Assembly (NCBI GenBank): GCA_963789155.1
Contig: CAWBJN010000019.1
Location: 70,199-134,198 of the forward strand
DNA: 64,000 nt
Source of the DNA: an uncultured Alphaproteobacteria bacterium
Lineage (GTDB): Bacteria; Pseudomonadota; Alphaproteobacteria; Sphingomonadales; Sphingomonadaceae
Direction: 5' to 3'
Below the pieces are notes generated by a model that was not told the origin of the DNA, did no database searches, and saw only the letters and a program-made list of their open reading frames with translations. Of this stretch, positions 26,181 to 37,304 are shown piece by piece (positions within the stretch are counted from its first letter, which is position 1; every line of letters begins with the position of its first letter). The position numbers were made by a program, and so were the translations under genes.

Positions 26181-27362
26181 TCAGAAAACTTCGAACAAAC
26201 CCGCTGCACCCATGCCGCCGCCGACGCACATGGTCACGACCACGTATTTCGCACCGCGACGTTTGCCTTCGATCAGCGCGTGGCCGGTGCAGCGTGCGCC
26301 GGTCATGCCGTATGGGTGGCCGATCGAGATTGAGCCGCCATTGACGTTGAGAATGTCGTTATCGATCCCCAGCTTGTCGCGGCAATACAGCACCTGCACA
26401 GCAAACGCTTCGTTCAGTTCCCACAGGCCGATATCGTCCATTTTCAGGCCGGTTTGCTTCAGCAGCTTCGGGATCGCGAAGACGGGACCAATGCCCATTT
26501 CGTCAGGCTCTGTGCCCGCGACAGCCATGCCGACATAACGGCCCAGCGGCTGGAGACCTTTCTTCTCGGCAAGCTTGGCTTCCATCAACACGCTGGCCGA
26601 CGAACCATCGGACAGTTGCGAGGCGTTGCCTGCGGTGATGACATTGCCCGGACCCATGACCGGCTGAAGACCCTGAAGACCTTCGAGCGTGGTGGTCGGA
26701 CGGTTGCCTTCATCCTTGGTGATCGTGGTTTCGACGTCGCTGACTTCGCCGGTCGCCTTGTCCTTCACCTTCATCATGGTGGTGACAGGCACGATTTCGT
26801 CATCGAACTTGCCCGCTTCTTGGCCAGCGGCCGTGCGCATTTGCGATTGCAGAGCGTATTCGTCCTGCGCGTCGCGGCTGATGTTGTAACGCTTTGCCAC
26901 CGTCTCAGCGGTTTGCAGCATCGGCATGTAGACATTGCCGTGCATGGCGAGCAGCGATTTATCCATCGCAACGCGCATTTCCGGGGTCTGGACCATCGAA
27001 ATCGAATCCTGACCGCCGCCCACGACGATATCCATATTGTCGACAACGATCTGCTTTGCAGCGGTCGAAATCGCCATCAGGCCGCTTGAGCATTGACGAT
27101 CAATCGTCTGCCCGGAAACGGTGACAGGTGCGCCGCCGCGCAGAGCAACCTGGCGGGCGATGTTACCGGCCTGCGTGCCTTGCGTCAGGACAGCGCCCCA
27201 AACGACGTCGTCGATTTCACCGGCATCGATACCGGCGCGCTCAACCGCGGGCGCAAATGAATAGGCACCAAGGGTGGCACCGGGGGTGGCGTTAAATGCG
27301 CCCTTATAGGCCCGGCCAATGGGTGTGCGGGCGGTGGAGACGATGACTGCGTCACGTGACAT
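26181..27362 (-). CDS. Acetyl-CoA C-acetyltransferase / 3-ketoacyl-CoA thiolase
   Basis: [67 protein letters not shown] 27362 follows AAGGA. Confidence 0.92.
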   Translation of the reverse strand: MSRDAVIVSTARTPIGRAYKGAFNATPGATLGAYSFAPAVERAGIDAGEIDDVVWGAVLTQGTQAGNIARQVALRGGAPVTVSGQTIDRQCSSGLMAISTAAKQIVVDNMDIVVGGGQDSISMVQTPEMRVAMDKSLLAMHGNVYMPMLQTAETVAKRYNISRDAQDEYALQSQMRTAAGQEAGKFDDEIVPVTTMMKVKDKATGEVSDVETTITKDEGNRPTTTLEGLQGLQPVMGPGNVITAGNASQLSDGSSASVLMEAKLAEKKGLQPLGRYVGMAVAGTEPDEMGIGPVFAIPKLLKQTGLKMDDIGLWELNEAFAVQVLYCRDKLGIDNDILNVNGGSISIGHPYGMTGARCTGHALIEGKRRGAKYVVVTMCVGGGMGAAGLFEVF

Positions 27363-27453
27363 GAGGGTGTGTCCTTTCAAAAGGTGTTAGAATGTGGCCC
27401 CGGCAGGCGGGGCGCAAAGATTTCAGGTGTCTTGGCCGAAGCTTAGACGAAGC

Positions 27454-27903
27454 TCAGACGAACAGCAGTGTGATCCACTCACAGATCAGAGCGGGCTTGT
27501 CTTCGCCTTCGATCTCAATCGTGATTTCGGATGTCTGCTGCCATTGGCCCGGACGTTTTTCGACCATTTCGGTCAGCTTCCAGTGGCCGCGAATACGCTT
27601 GCCCGAACGGACCGGCGCGATGAAGCGGGTTTTGTTGCCGCCATAATTCACGCCCATCTTCACGCCGTCCATTTTCGGCATGTCGCTGTTTGCGGAAAGA
27701 TAGGGGATCATCGACAAGGTCATGAAACCGTGCGCGATGGTCCCGCCAAACGGCGTCATCTTCGCGGCTTCTTCATTAACGTGGATGAATTGATGATCGC
27801 CTGTCGCATCAGCGAACATGTTGATCTTTTCCTGGCTCATTTCGGTCCATTCGCTGGTGCCGATATTTTCGCCGACCTTCGCGGCCAATTCTTGCGGAGT
27901 CAT
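27454..27903 (-). CDS. MaoC-family (R)-specific enoyl-CoA hydratase (PhaJ-like)
   Basis: MTPQELAAKVGENIGTSEWTEMSQEKINMFADATGDHQFIHVNEEAAKMTPFGGTIAHGFMTLS. An internal Met was chosen as the start; the ORF track starts 117 nt upstream. Confidence 0.85.
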   Translation of the reverse strand: MTPQELAAKVGENIGTSEWTEMSQEKINMFADATGDHQFIHVNEEAAKMTPFGGTIAHGFMTLSMIPYLSANSDMPKMDGVKMGVNYGGNKTRFIAPVRSGKRIRGHWKLTEMVEKRPGQWQQTSEITIEIEGEDKPALICEWITLLFV

Positions 27904-28024
27904 GGGACAATTCCTCTCAACAGTACGCCCGCGAAATTCCCCCGGAACTCTCCGGCACGGACGCTTCAATTGAAAGGCTACATGGCCCAAGCTGCGGCCC
28001 AGTGCAATGCGCGCATCCATGCCG

Positions 28025-29446
28025 TTACGGCACAGCTAAGTTTGGCCTGGCCGTTGCCGCCTCATGTCGGCGCTTTGCGCGCGCGGCGGATGGAGAAAGC
28101 TCCGCTTCTTTCAATTTCGGGTCTGCAAATCCGCCCTCTGCCGATTCGAGCCGCTTCACATAGGAATTGAGCCCAATTTGCAGCCCGATAATCATCAGCA
28201 TCACCGGCTGATACGCTATCCCCTGAAACAGCGCGCCGACCAGATAGATCAGGCTGGCCATTTGCAACGAAGCGGCAAGCGGCGAAATCCACGCTTCTGC
28301 TTCATCATCCGCGCCCTTCCAGCGGCGATAGATCCGCTCCATCTGGAACACGCCCAGCCCATGCAGCATCAGCCACATGATCAGGCCCGGATACCCCTGC
28401 TCGCCGAGCACTTCAAAGACAGACGAATGGAAGGCCCGCCCTTCATCCACCACTTCGCGATATTCAACCGAAGCCGTGTTCCCGACCTCTTCGCGCACCG
28501 GCAGGACATAGGTGAAACTGTTGGCGCGGTAGGCATCGAACCCGCCGCCCATCGGATTGGCGCTGGCGTAATCAAGTGTCCATGACCACACCGCCATCCG
28601 GGTGGAGGCGCTTTCATCGCCGCCCGGCTGCGCAATCGTCGCCATCCGATCATAATAGCTTGCTGGCAGAAACGGCAGCGCGGTCAGGCCAAGCACGCCA
28701 GCCGCCGCAACAAAGGCAAAGCGCCGTTTGGTGTAGCGCAGCAGCAGAATACCCAGCGCCGCAATACACAGCAGTCCGGTGCGCGCCTCGGTCCCGATAG
28801 GGATCAGCAGGCTGGAAAAGACAAGACCCAGCGCAAACACGCTGACCGTCCAATGCGGCCGAAAAATCGTGCCATAGCGCGTGAACCACGCGACCAGCGG
28901 GATCAGCGCGATCGCCACCGTCGCCAACGTAGAGCTTTCGTAAATACCGCTGTTATCCTGCACAAAGAATTTGAGGTTCCCATAACCGCCGCCGCCCAGA
29001 ACGGTCTTCAATCCGGTCCCGATCACAATGGTGGCAATCGACAGTGTTAGCGTGAGCGCCAGCGCCTCTATCCGGGCGCGGGTGGTTAGGGTGAGCGGCA
29101 AGAAAATGGCGAACAGCAACGCCTTCCATACCCAATCCCATTTGGTCGCAGCCGATTCGGGAAACGCGGACCCTTGCAACGTCCACCAACAATAGACGAG
29201 CAACAGCAACATCAGCATTTGACGCAGGGAAAAGCGTGAGCCTTCTTTGCGGTCCAGCAGCAGCCAGCCGCCAAAGGCAGCCGCAAAAGCGATCAGCGAT
29301 ACCTGCAACTCGGTAATGATCGTATACCCGATCCGCTGCGGCGCGAGGATGTCGATATAGACATAGAGCAGCACCCACAAAAACGGACGGCGCAAACCAA
29401 GCATCAGCACAAATGCGATAAAGGCGATGAAAACGAGATCGAGCAT
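28025..29446 (-). CDS. O-antigen ligase-like polytopic membrane protein (resembles the exosortase-A-associated O-glycosylation ligase)
   Basis: More than 10 TM segments. The N-terminus IAFVLMLGLRRPFLWVLLYVYIDILAPQR and a large periplasmic loop fit the Wzy_C/O-antigen ligase type. The family assignment is from memory. Confidence 0.7.
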   Translation of the reverse strand: MLDLVFIAFIAFVLMLGLRRPFLWVLLYVYIDILAPQRIGYTIITELQVSLIAFAAAFGGWLLLDRKEGSRFSLRQMLMLLLLVYCWWTLQGSAFPESAATKWDWVWKALLFAIFLPLTLTTRARIEALALTLTLSIATIVIGTGLKTVLGGGGYGNLKFFVQDNSGIYESSTLATVAIALIPLVAWFTRYGTIFRPHWTVSVFALGLVFSSLLIPIGTEARTGLLCIAALGILLLRYTKRRFAFVAAAGVLGLTALPFLPASYYDRMATIAQPGGDESASTRMAVWSWTLDYASANPMGGGFDAYRANSFTYVLPVREEVGNTASVEYREVVDEGRAFHSSVFEVLGEQGYPGLIMWLMLHGLGVFQMERIYRRWKGADDEAEAWISPLAASLQMASLIYLVGALFQGIAYQPVMLMIIGLQIGLNSYVKRLESAEGGFADPKLKEAELSPSAARAKRRHEAATARPNLAVP

Positions 29447-29682
29447 CAGAGTTTTGCACCCTCATCCGGTGCACGCTCATCCGGTACACGCTCATCCGGC
29501 ACAATATGATCGCGGCGGCTGGACGCTCGACCTCGATTAATTTTGGCGGCACGTTCTGCGTCGAGCGAATCGGCAATATTTTTAAGCCGCTGATCAACGT
29601 CCAAATCCTCTCGCATCACCAGCCGAAGCAAGGCGATAGCAAGCAATCCGTGGCCAAGCGCAAGGGAGAGATAGTCGATCAT
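29446..29682 (-). CDS. Small membrane protein with a (V/A)PDE(R/G) tandem repeat tail
   Basis: One TM segment (LSLALGHGLLAIALLRLV). The stop overlaps the ligase ATG (TGATG). The C-terminus is encoded by three 15-nt repeats. Confidence 0.5.
   Translation of the reverse strand: MIDYLSLALGHGLLAIALLRLVMREDLDVDQRLKNIADSLDAERAAKINRGRASSRRDHIVPDERVPDERAPDEGAKL
29461..29505. repeat. 3 x 15-nt in-frame tandem repeat
   Basis: Units are ctcatccggtgcacg, ctcatccggtacacg and ctcatccggcacaat. Confidence 0.85.
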
Positions 29683-29749
29683 TGCCTATGGGCCATAACG
29701 ACACGCAGTTGACGCGGTGTTAAGCACAACGACGCTAAAGCTGTTTTTC

Positions 29750-31024
29750 ATGACGCGCATTCTCCATGTCCTTGACCATTCGCTGCCGCTGCATAGCGGC
29801 TACACCTTTCGCACCCGCGCGATTTTAAAGGCGCAAGAGGCGGCAGGGTTGGAAGTGCGCGGGATCACCTCTCAGCGCCATAATCTGGAGGCGGAGTGCG
29901 ATTCGGATTGCGAGACCTTTGACGGCCTCACCTTCCACCGCACGCCAGGCACAACCGGCGGGCCAATGCTGGTGGGCGAATTTCGCGAGATGGCGGCGCT
30001 GTCTTCAGCGATCCAGACGCTTGCCAAGGAATGGCGGCCTGACATCATTCATGCGCATTCGCCCGCTCTAAATGGCGGCGCGGCGCTGCGGGCGGCTCGC
30101 GCTCTGGGTATTCCGATAGTCTATGAAATTCGCGCCTTTTGGGAGGATGCCGCCGTTGGCAACCGCACGGGCAAGGAGGGGTCAGCCAAATATCGCCTCA
30201 CACGCAGCCTTGAAACCCAAGTGGCGAACCGCGTCGATGCGATTTTCACCATTTGTCAGGGGCTGCGCGATGATCTGATCACACGCGGCATTGCGCCGGG
30301 TAAGATTGGAGTGATGCCAAATGGGGTGGACCTTACTCTATTCGGCGATCCCCCGCCGCGTGATGATGCGCTGGGGGCAGAACTGGGGCTTGATCCGGAT
30401 GCACCGCTGATCGGCTATATCGGCAGTTTCTACGATTACGAAGGGGTCGATGACCTCATCGCCGCGATGCCAATTCTGCGCCAAACTCATCCTGATGCGC
30501 GGCTGTTGCTGGTGGGTGCGGGCGAAATGGACGCACAATGGCGCAGCGCCGCGGCAAAATTGCCGGAGCCTGAGGCGGTCATTTTCACAGGCCGGGTCCC
30601 GCATGAGCACGTCGAGCGGTATTATTCATTGATTGATGTGCTGGCCTACCCGCGCAAACATTCACGCCTCACCGATCTTGTCACGCCGTTAAAACCGCTT
30701 GAGGCAATGGCGCAGCGGCGGATCGTTGCCGCATCCAATGTCGGCGGACATCGCGAACTGATCACAGACGGCCAAACCGGCTTTCTTTTTGGGCCCGATG
30801 ATCCCGCCGCCTGCGCGGCATCGCTATCCAACATGCTCGGTGCGCGCAGCGATTGGGATACGATACGCGATGCCGGGGTCGACCATGTTCGCGCCCGTCA
30901 TGATTGGCATGCCAATGTCCGGCGTTATCTCGACGTTTACCATATCTTGTTAGCAGAACGTGGACACGGTCATGGGCATGCGCCTGAGCCGGGTCGACAC
31001 AAGCAACAGGGTCTGCGGGCTTAA
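29750..31024 (+). CDS. GT4-family glycosyltransferase (resembles the exosortase-A/PEP-CTERM system-associated type)
   Basis: MTRILHVLDHSLPLHSGYTFRTRAILKAQ..., plus the GT-B C-terminal EAMAQRRIVAASNVGGHRELI motif. Confidence 0.82.
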   Translation: MTRILHVLDHSLPLHSGYTFRTRAILKAQEAAGLEVRGITSQRHNLEAECDSDCETFDGLTFHRTPGTTGGPMLVGEFREMAALSSAIQTLAKEWRPDIIHAHSPALNGGAALRAARALGIPIVYEIRAFWEDAAVGNRTGKEGSAKYRLTRSLETQVANRVDAIFTICQGLRDDLITRGIAPGKIGVMPNGVDLTLFGDPPPRDDALGAELGLDPDAPLIGYIGSFYDYEGVDDLIAAMPILRQTHPDARLLLVGAGEMDAQWRSAAAKLPEPEAVIFTGRVPHEHVERYYSLIDVLAYPRKHSRLTDLVTPLKPLEAMAQRRIVAASNVGGHRELITDGQTGFLFGPDDPAACAASLSNMLGARSDWDTIRDAGVDHVRARHDWHANVRRYLDVYHILLAERGHGHGHAPEPGRHKQQGLRA

Positions 31025-31053
31025 GGGAAAAAAACCCCTGTCCCGAACACAAA

Positions 31054-32406
31054 ATGATGGGCAAGAACGTCATGCGGCTGAGAAAACATTTCGATAAAGA
31101 GCCGGAAGAGCGCAATATTCAGCGTGTTCGCTCCAAAAGCGGGAAAACTCCGATTGCCCGGCACCAGGCATTTGCACCGATGCTGACCGTTTGGGGTGCG
31201 GCCTTGCTAGGCTTGGTTGTCATCGTTTTACCAGCCAGCGCCACTGATAGGATTGCCGTTCTCAGCGGGCTTGGCGCGATCGGCGATGGTGCAAAATACA
31301 TCTTTGCCGGGATCGCTGCATTGCTCGGCGGATCGATGGCTTACGTAATTGCCGCCGCTCTTCGCGCGCGCTTGGGCAAATCCGCAGAAGAAGCTTCCGT
31401 AGTTTCTGCCGTATCGTCGATGCGCAAACGCACGATCGACCCCGCCGCCGATCTGGGTAGTGAAAGCCTTGATGCTCCCTTGGAAAAAATGCCCTTTGGT
31501 CTGGGAGACGAGTTTGTCCAGAAAGATGGGCAGGGAGATGGGCAGGGAGATGAGGGTGCAGAGATGTACCCACGCCTCACTGACGAAACCGGCGCCGAAA
31601 ATTCGGATGCGGATAAGGATGATCAGTCCGGCTTTACCCGGCGCCATTTCAAAACCGCATTGATCGACTCTTGCGAAGGCGCGACATGCGAAGCTGCGGC
31701 GGTGGAAAAGCCAGAATCAGAGCCGGAACCAGAGTCGGAACCAGCGCCAGAACAAGCGCGCGCGACTTCGCAAGAAGAAGCGCAGACACCGCCCGCACCA
31801 CAGCCGCTTGGCCGCCCCGGGAGTGAGGGTGCGTGGAGCCTGACGCAATTTTCTCCCCAAGCGGCGCCAGCTCCGGCTTCAGAACAGGTCGGGGAACAGG
31901 TCGGGGAACAGGTCACTGGGCCAGAAACTCTCGCTGAAGCCGCGCCGACATTGCTCAAACAAAAACCGCGCTCGCTCGATCTGGGTGAGTTTGCTCAGCT
32001 TCCGGGACGCAATGCGGTGTGGGTGGAAGAGCCTGAGATCGCGGATAGCGCGCCATCGCCAATTTCAAAACCACGCGCTGTTCGCAAGACAAGTGCGTTA
32101 GAAAAACTGCGCCAGACACCACCCGAAAATTTGAGCCTGGTTCAGATGGTCGAACGCTTTGCAGCCGCTTTGCAAGACCATCAACAGGCAGAAACCGCAG
32201 GCACAGCCAAAAAAGCGCCCAAGAACGAAAGGGGCCGCGATGCCGCTTTGGCGGAGGCGTTAAAAGCGCTCTCTTTGTTCACAGAACGCGGGTTCGACCA
32301 GCCGGCCCCAACCGTCGCCGCCACCGGCGATAATGAGCTGGGCCAGACAGAGCGAGAGTTGCGTGAAGCGCTGGTTAAGCTGCAAAGTTTGCGCGGTGCG
32401 GCGTAA
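31054..32406 (+). CDS. Hypothetical membrane-anchored acidic repeat protein
   Basis: Two predicted TM segments (aa 45-110). A long Asp/Glu/Pro/Ala-rich region with three internal 12-nt tandem repeat blocks follows. The C-terminus is helical (ALKALSLF...LREALVKLQSLRGAA). Confidence 0.6.
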   Translation: MMGKNVMRLRKHFDKEPEERNIQRVRSKSGKTPIARHQAFAPMLTVWGAALLGLVVIVLPASATDRIAVLSGLGAIGDGAKYIFAGIAALLGGSMAYVIAAALRARLGKSAEEASVVSAVSSMRKRTIDPAADLGSESLDAPLEKMPFGLGDEFVQKDGQGDGQGDEGAEMYPRLTDETGAENSDADKDDQSGFTRRHFKTALIDSCEGATCEAAAVEKPESEPEPESEPAPEQARATSQEEAQTPPAPQPLGRPGSEGAWSLTQFSPQAAPAPASEQVGEQVGEQVTGPETLAEAAPTLLKQKPRSLDLGEFAQLPGRNAVWVEEPEIADSAPSPISKPRAVRKTSALEKLRQTPPENLSLVQMVERFAAALQDHQQAETAGTAKKAPKNERGRDAALAEALKALSLFTERGFDQPAPTVAATGDNELGQTERELREALVKLQSLRGAA

Positions 32407-32651
32407 AATCGCGCAATTGGGATGAATTTTCGAGCTTTTCGGCGGTTCGCGCAATCAAATTAAAGGCAAACTTTCTATTCGTGTAATTTTACTGCGTTCT
32501 TCGCGGTTGCAAAATGATGTTTCCGTCGGCAAAGGATGGGTGAACGAAGCGCGACCCGGCCCTCACGTCCGGTGCGCTCGCCATCCAAGCCGCTGCTACG
32601 ATCCGTCAAACGGTCCCGTGGTATGGGCATCTGACAGAACGGATCTTTGCC

Positions 32652-35600
32652 ATGGGATACCCCAATTCCCAGGGTCTCTATGACCCAGCCAACGAACATG
32701 ACGCCTGCGGAGTGGGCATGGTCGCCCATATCAAGGGCGAACGCAGCCATACGATCGTGGAGCAATCGCTAGAAATTCTGGCGAAGCTGGACCATCGCGG
32801 TGCAGTGGGCGCCGATCCTTTGCTGGGTGATGGTGCGGGTCTGCTGATGCAGATTCCCGATGCACTGATCCGCCGCTGGGCGAGCGATCATGGCCATAGC
32901 CTGCCTCAACCGGGCCATTATGCGGTTGCAATGTGCTTTATGCCTCAGGACGGGGCCGCTCGCGGCTTTGTCGCTGACCGGTTTGCAGCACTTGCTGAAA
33001 AAGAAGGTCAGCAGCTGATCGGTTGGCGTGATGTGCCGACCACTCAGGATGGGCTGGGCGATGCGGTTATCGCGTCCATGCCGGTCATCCAGCAGGCGAT
33101 CATCGCGCGCGGCGAAAGCTGCGAAGATCAGGACGCATTTGAGCGCAAACTGCTCGCGATCCGCAAACAGACGCTGAACCCGCTTGCAAAATTGGCGGTG
33201 AAGCATGATCTGCCCGGTGTCACGGACACCTATATGCCGAGCGTTTCGAGCCGGACTATCGTATATAAAGGTCTGCTGCTGGCTACTCAGGTTCAGAGCT
33301 TTTACGACGATTTGCGCGACCCGGAATGCGTCAGCGCGTTTGGTCTGGTGCACCAGCGTTTCTCCACCAACACTTTCCCAAGCTGGAAGCTCGCGCATCC
33401 TTTCCGCTTCATTGCGCATAATGGCGAAATCAACACGGTTCGCGGCAATGTGAACTGGATGAATGCGCGCCGCCGCACGATGGAAAGCGAATTGCTTGGT
33501 TCCGATCTTGATAAGATGTGGCCGATCATTCCGCATGGGCAATCGGACACAGCATGCCTTGATAACGCGCTCGAATTGTTGCTCGCAGGCGGATATTCGC
33601 TGGCGCATGCGATGATGATGCTGATCCCCGAAGCGTGGAACGGCAATGATCTGATGGATCCCGAACGCCGCGCGTTTTACGAATATCACGCCGCATTGAT
33701 GGAGCCGTGGGACGGACCCGCAGCGGTGTGCTTTACCGATGGCCGCCAAATCGGCGCGACATTGGATCGCAATGGTCTGCGCCCCGCGCGTTTCTGCGTG
33801 ACGAAGGACGACGTGGTGTGCCTTGCTTCGGAAAGCGGCGTGTTGCCGTTCGCCGAAGAAGACATCATCCGCAAATGGCGGCTGCAACCCGGTAAAATGT
33901 TGCTGATCGATCTGGAACAGGGCCGCATCATCGAAGATGACGAGCTAAAGGCTGATCTCACCCGGTCAGAGCCCTACGCCAAATGGCTGAAAGAAGCGCA
34001 GTTCAAGATTGACGACATCCGCGAAATTGAACCGGAACTGTCCGAAGTCGCAGAGCATTCGACCACTTTGCTCCAACGCCAGCAGGCGTTCGGCTACACG
34101 CAAGAAGACGTCTCCCGCTTCCTTGAACCGATGGCGGTCAATGGCGATGATCCGATTGGATCGATGGGCACCGACACGCCGATTGCGGTTCTGTCTGACA
34201 AGGCGCGGCTGCTCTACGATTACTTCAAGCAAAATTTCGCGCAGGTCACAAACCCGCCGATTGATCCGATCCGCGAAGAATTGGTGATGAGCCTGCTGTC
34301 GATGATCGGCCCGCGCCCCAATCTTCTGGGTAAGCAAGCCGGTACGCATAAGCGGCTTGAGGTTGAACAACCCATCCTCACCAATGCCGACCTTGCAAAA
34401 ATCCGCTCGGTTGAGGCGGTCCTCGATGGCGCATTCCGGTGCGAGACCATCGACATGACTTGGGACGCTTCGGCTGGGCCCGAAGGGCTTGAGCAGGCGC
34501 TGAAGGAAATGTGCTGGGCCGCGACAGAGGCGGTTTTGCAGGATCAGAACATCCTTGTGCTTGTCCGACCGCGCTCAGGATGAAGACCGCATCCCCATGC
34601 CCGCATTGCTGGCGACAGCGGCGGTCCATCACCACCTCGTGCGGCAGGGTCTGCGGATGCAAACCGGCATCGTGGTTGAAACCGGCGAAGCGCGCGAAGT
34701 GCACCATTTCTGCGTGCTGGCAGGCTACGGCGCAGAGGCGATCAATCCTTACGTCGCGTTCGAAACGCTCGAAGACATTCGCGCGCGCAAACACACGGAC
34801 ATTTCCGCGCTGCAAGTCGAACAAAACTATATCAAAGCCATCGGCAAGGGCATCCGCAAGGTCATGTCCAAGATGGGCATCTCGACCTACCAATCCTATT
34901 GCGGGGCGCAGATCTTTGACGCGGTTGGTCTGTCCACCCCCTTCGTAGAGGCCTATTTCACCGGCACCGCGACCACAATCGAGGGCGCCGGGCTGGAAGA
35001 AGTCGCCGAAGAGAGCGTGCGCCGCCATGCGCAGGCATACGGCAACAATCCGCTTTACAAGGGCATGCTAGATGTTGGCGGCATCTACCAATACCGCCTG
35101 CGCGGTGAAGAACACGCCTGGACACCCGAAAACGTTTCCCAATTGCAGCATGCTGTTCGCGGGAACAACGCATCGACCTACGCCGAATTTGCAAAATCGG
35201 TGAATGAGCAGTCCGAGCGGCTGCTGACCATTCGCGGTTTGCTTGAATTCCAGAACGCTGAAACTGCGATCCCTATCGAAGAAGTCGAACCCGCCAGCGA
35301 AATCGTGAAGCGATTCAGCACCGGCGCGATGAGCCTTGGCTCGATCAGCCACGAAGCGCATTCGACAATGGCGCTGGCGATGAATCGCATTGGCGGGCGT
35401 TCAAATACCGGCGAAGGCGGGGAGGAACCTTTCCGCTTCACGCCGATGGAAAATGGCGATTCGATGCGCAGCCGGATCAAGCAGGTGGCCTCAGGACGTT
35501 TTGGCGTCACCACCGAATATCTGGTCAATGCTGACGATATCCAGATCAAGATGGCACAGGGCGCAAAGCCCGGCGAAGGCGGGCAGTTGCCCGGTCATAA

Positions 35601-37293
35601 GGTCGACAAACGGATCGGCGCGGTGCGTCACTCGACACCGGGTGTGGGCCTGATCTCGCCCCCGCCGCATCACGACATCTATTCGATCGAAGACCTCGCG
35701 CAGCTGATCCACGACCTCAAAAACGTCAACACAGGGGCGCGCATCTCGGTGAAGCTCGTGTCCGAAGTCGGCGTGGGTACGGTCGCCGCTGGCGTATCGA
35801 AAGCGCGCGCGGATCACGTTACTATCTCAGGCTATGATGGCGGCACCGGCGCTTCGCCGCTGACCAGCCTGACGCATGCTGGCTCCCCTTGGGAAATCGG
35901 GCTTGCAGAAACGCAGCAGACATTGCTGCTCAACGATTTGCGCAGCCGCATTGCGGTGCAGGTCGATGGCGGTCTGCGCACCGGACGCGATGTCGCCATC
36001 GGCGCGCTTTTGGGTGCTGACGAGTTTGGCTTTGCCACCGCGCCGCTGATCGCAGCGGGTTGCATCATGATGCGCAAATGCCACCTCAACACCTGCCCCG
36101 TGGGCGTTGCCACACAGGACCCCGTCCTGCGCGCGCGCTTCACAGGGCAGCCAGAACATGTGGTCAATTACATGTTCTTCGTTGCGGAAGAATTGCGCGA
36201 GATCATGGCCGAATTGGGCTTCCGCACGGTTCAGGAAATGATCGGCCGGGTCGACCGGCTCGATATGACGCGCATGCACCGCCATTGGAAAGCGCGCGGG
36301 ATCAACCTGTCGCGCATCCTCCACCAGGTGGAACTGCAAGAAGGCAAAGCGCTGCACCAAACCGAAGTGCAAGATCACGGCCTCGCCGCGGCGCTCGACA
36401 ACACATTGATAGCTGACTGCCGGGAAGCCATTACGGCAAAAATCCCCGTCCAAGTCGATTACGAAGTGCGCAATGTGAACCGTACGGTGGGCGCAATGCT
36501 CTCTGGCGAAATCGCCAAAGCGCATGGGCATGCCGGCCTGCCGGTTGATACAATTCGCGTGAACTTGACCGGCGTCGCCGGACAAAGCTTTGGTGCGTGG
36601 CTGGCTCACGGTGTCACGCTGGATCTGGTTGGCGATGCGAATGACTATGTTGGCAAAGGCTTGTCGGGCGGGCGGATAATTGTGCGTCCCCCGGCAGGTG
36701 TTGAACGCGTGTCGAGCGAGAACATCATCGTTGGCAACACCGTTCTGTATGGCGCGATCGCGGGCGAGGCCTATTTCAGCGGCGTCGCGGGCGAACGTTT
36801 TGCTGTGCGCAATTCCGGTGCGATTGCCGTGGTCGAAGGTGCAGGCGACCATGCCTGCGAATATATGACCGGCGGCGTGGTCGTGGTTCTGGGCAAAACC
36901 GGGCGCAATTTCGCAGCGGGGATGAGCGGCGGTGTGGCTTATGTTTATGACCCCGATGGCGCGTTTTCGGCTCTGGTGAACCACGCGCAGGTGAAACTTG
37001 AACCGGTCTTGGGTGAGGCAGACAGCAAAGACGGCACAGGCCGCCCGCAGCAACGCGGAACCAGCGTGAATGATTTCGGCATGGGCGACATGTTGCGTCA
37101 CGATGCACAGCGCCTGCGTATCTTGATTGAGCGTCATCAGCTGCACACGGGCAGCACAGCAGCCAGTGCAATTCTGGCAGATTGGGACGCCGCGCTGGGC
37201 CGCTTCGTCAAAGTCATGCCAGTGGATTATAAAAACGCGCTAGAGGCTATGGAAGCAGAGCGCGAAGAAGCCGCCTCGGTCGCGGCGGAATAA
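32652..37293 (+). pseudogene. gltB: Glutamate synthase large subunit, frameshift at 34561-34564
   Basis: N-terminal Ntn Cys region HDACGVGMVAHIKGE. Fragments are 32652..34583 (…[12 protein letters not shown]) and 34555..37293 (..[26 protein letters not shown]..., FMN/4Fe-4S domain, GXGXG C-terminal domain). Confidence 0.96.
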
Positions 37294-37304
37294 GGGTCAG
37301 AATT

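Noticed and set aside
28025-32406. Calling this region a complete, novel exopolysaccharide or exosortase system
   Set aside because: Only a ligase-like gene, one glycosyltransferase and two uncharacterised ORFs are present. There is no exporter, polymerase regulator, exosortase or PEP-CTERM substrate, which is too incomplete to call a system.
35827-37146. 439-aa minus-strand ORF (also 32769..33887, 372 aa, and 34378..35028) antisense to gltB
   Set aside because: It lies entirely inside the strongly conserved gltB frame. Its Arg/Ala/His-rich composition is typical of antisense frames in high-GC DNA, and it has no recognisable motifs.
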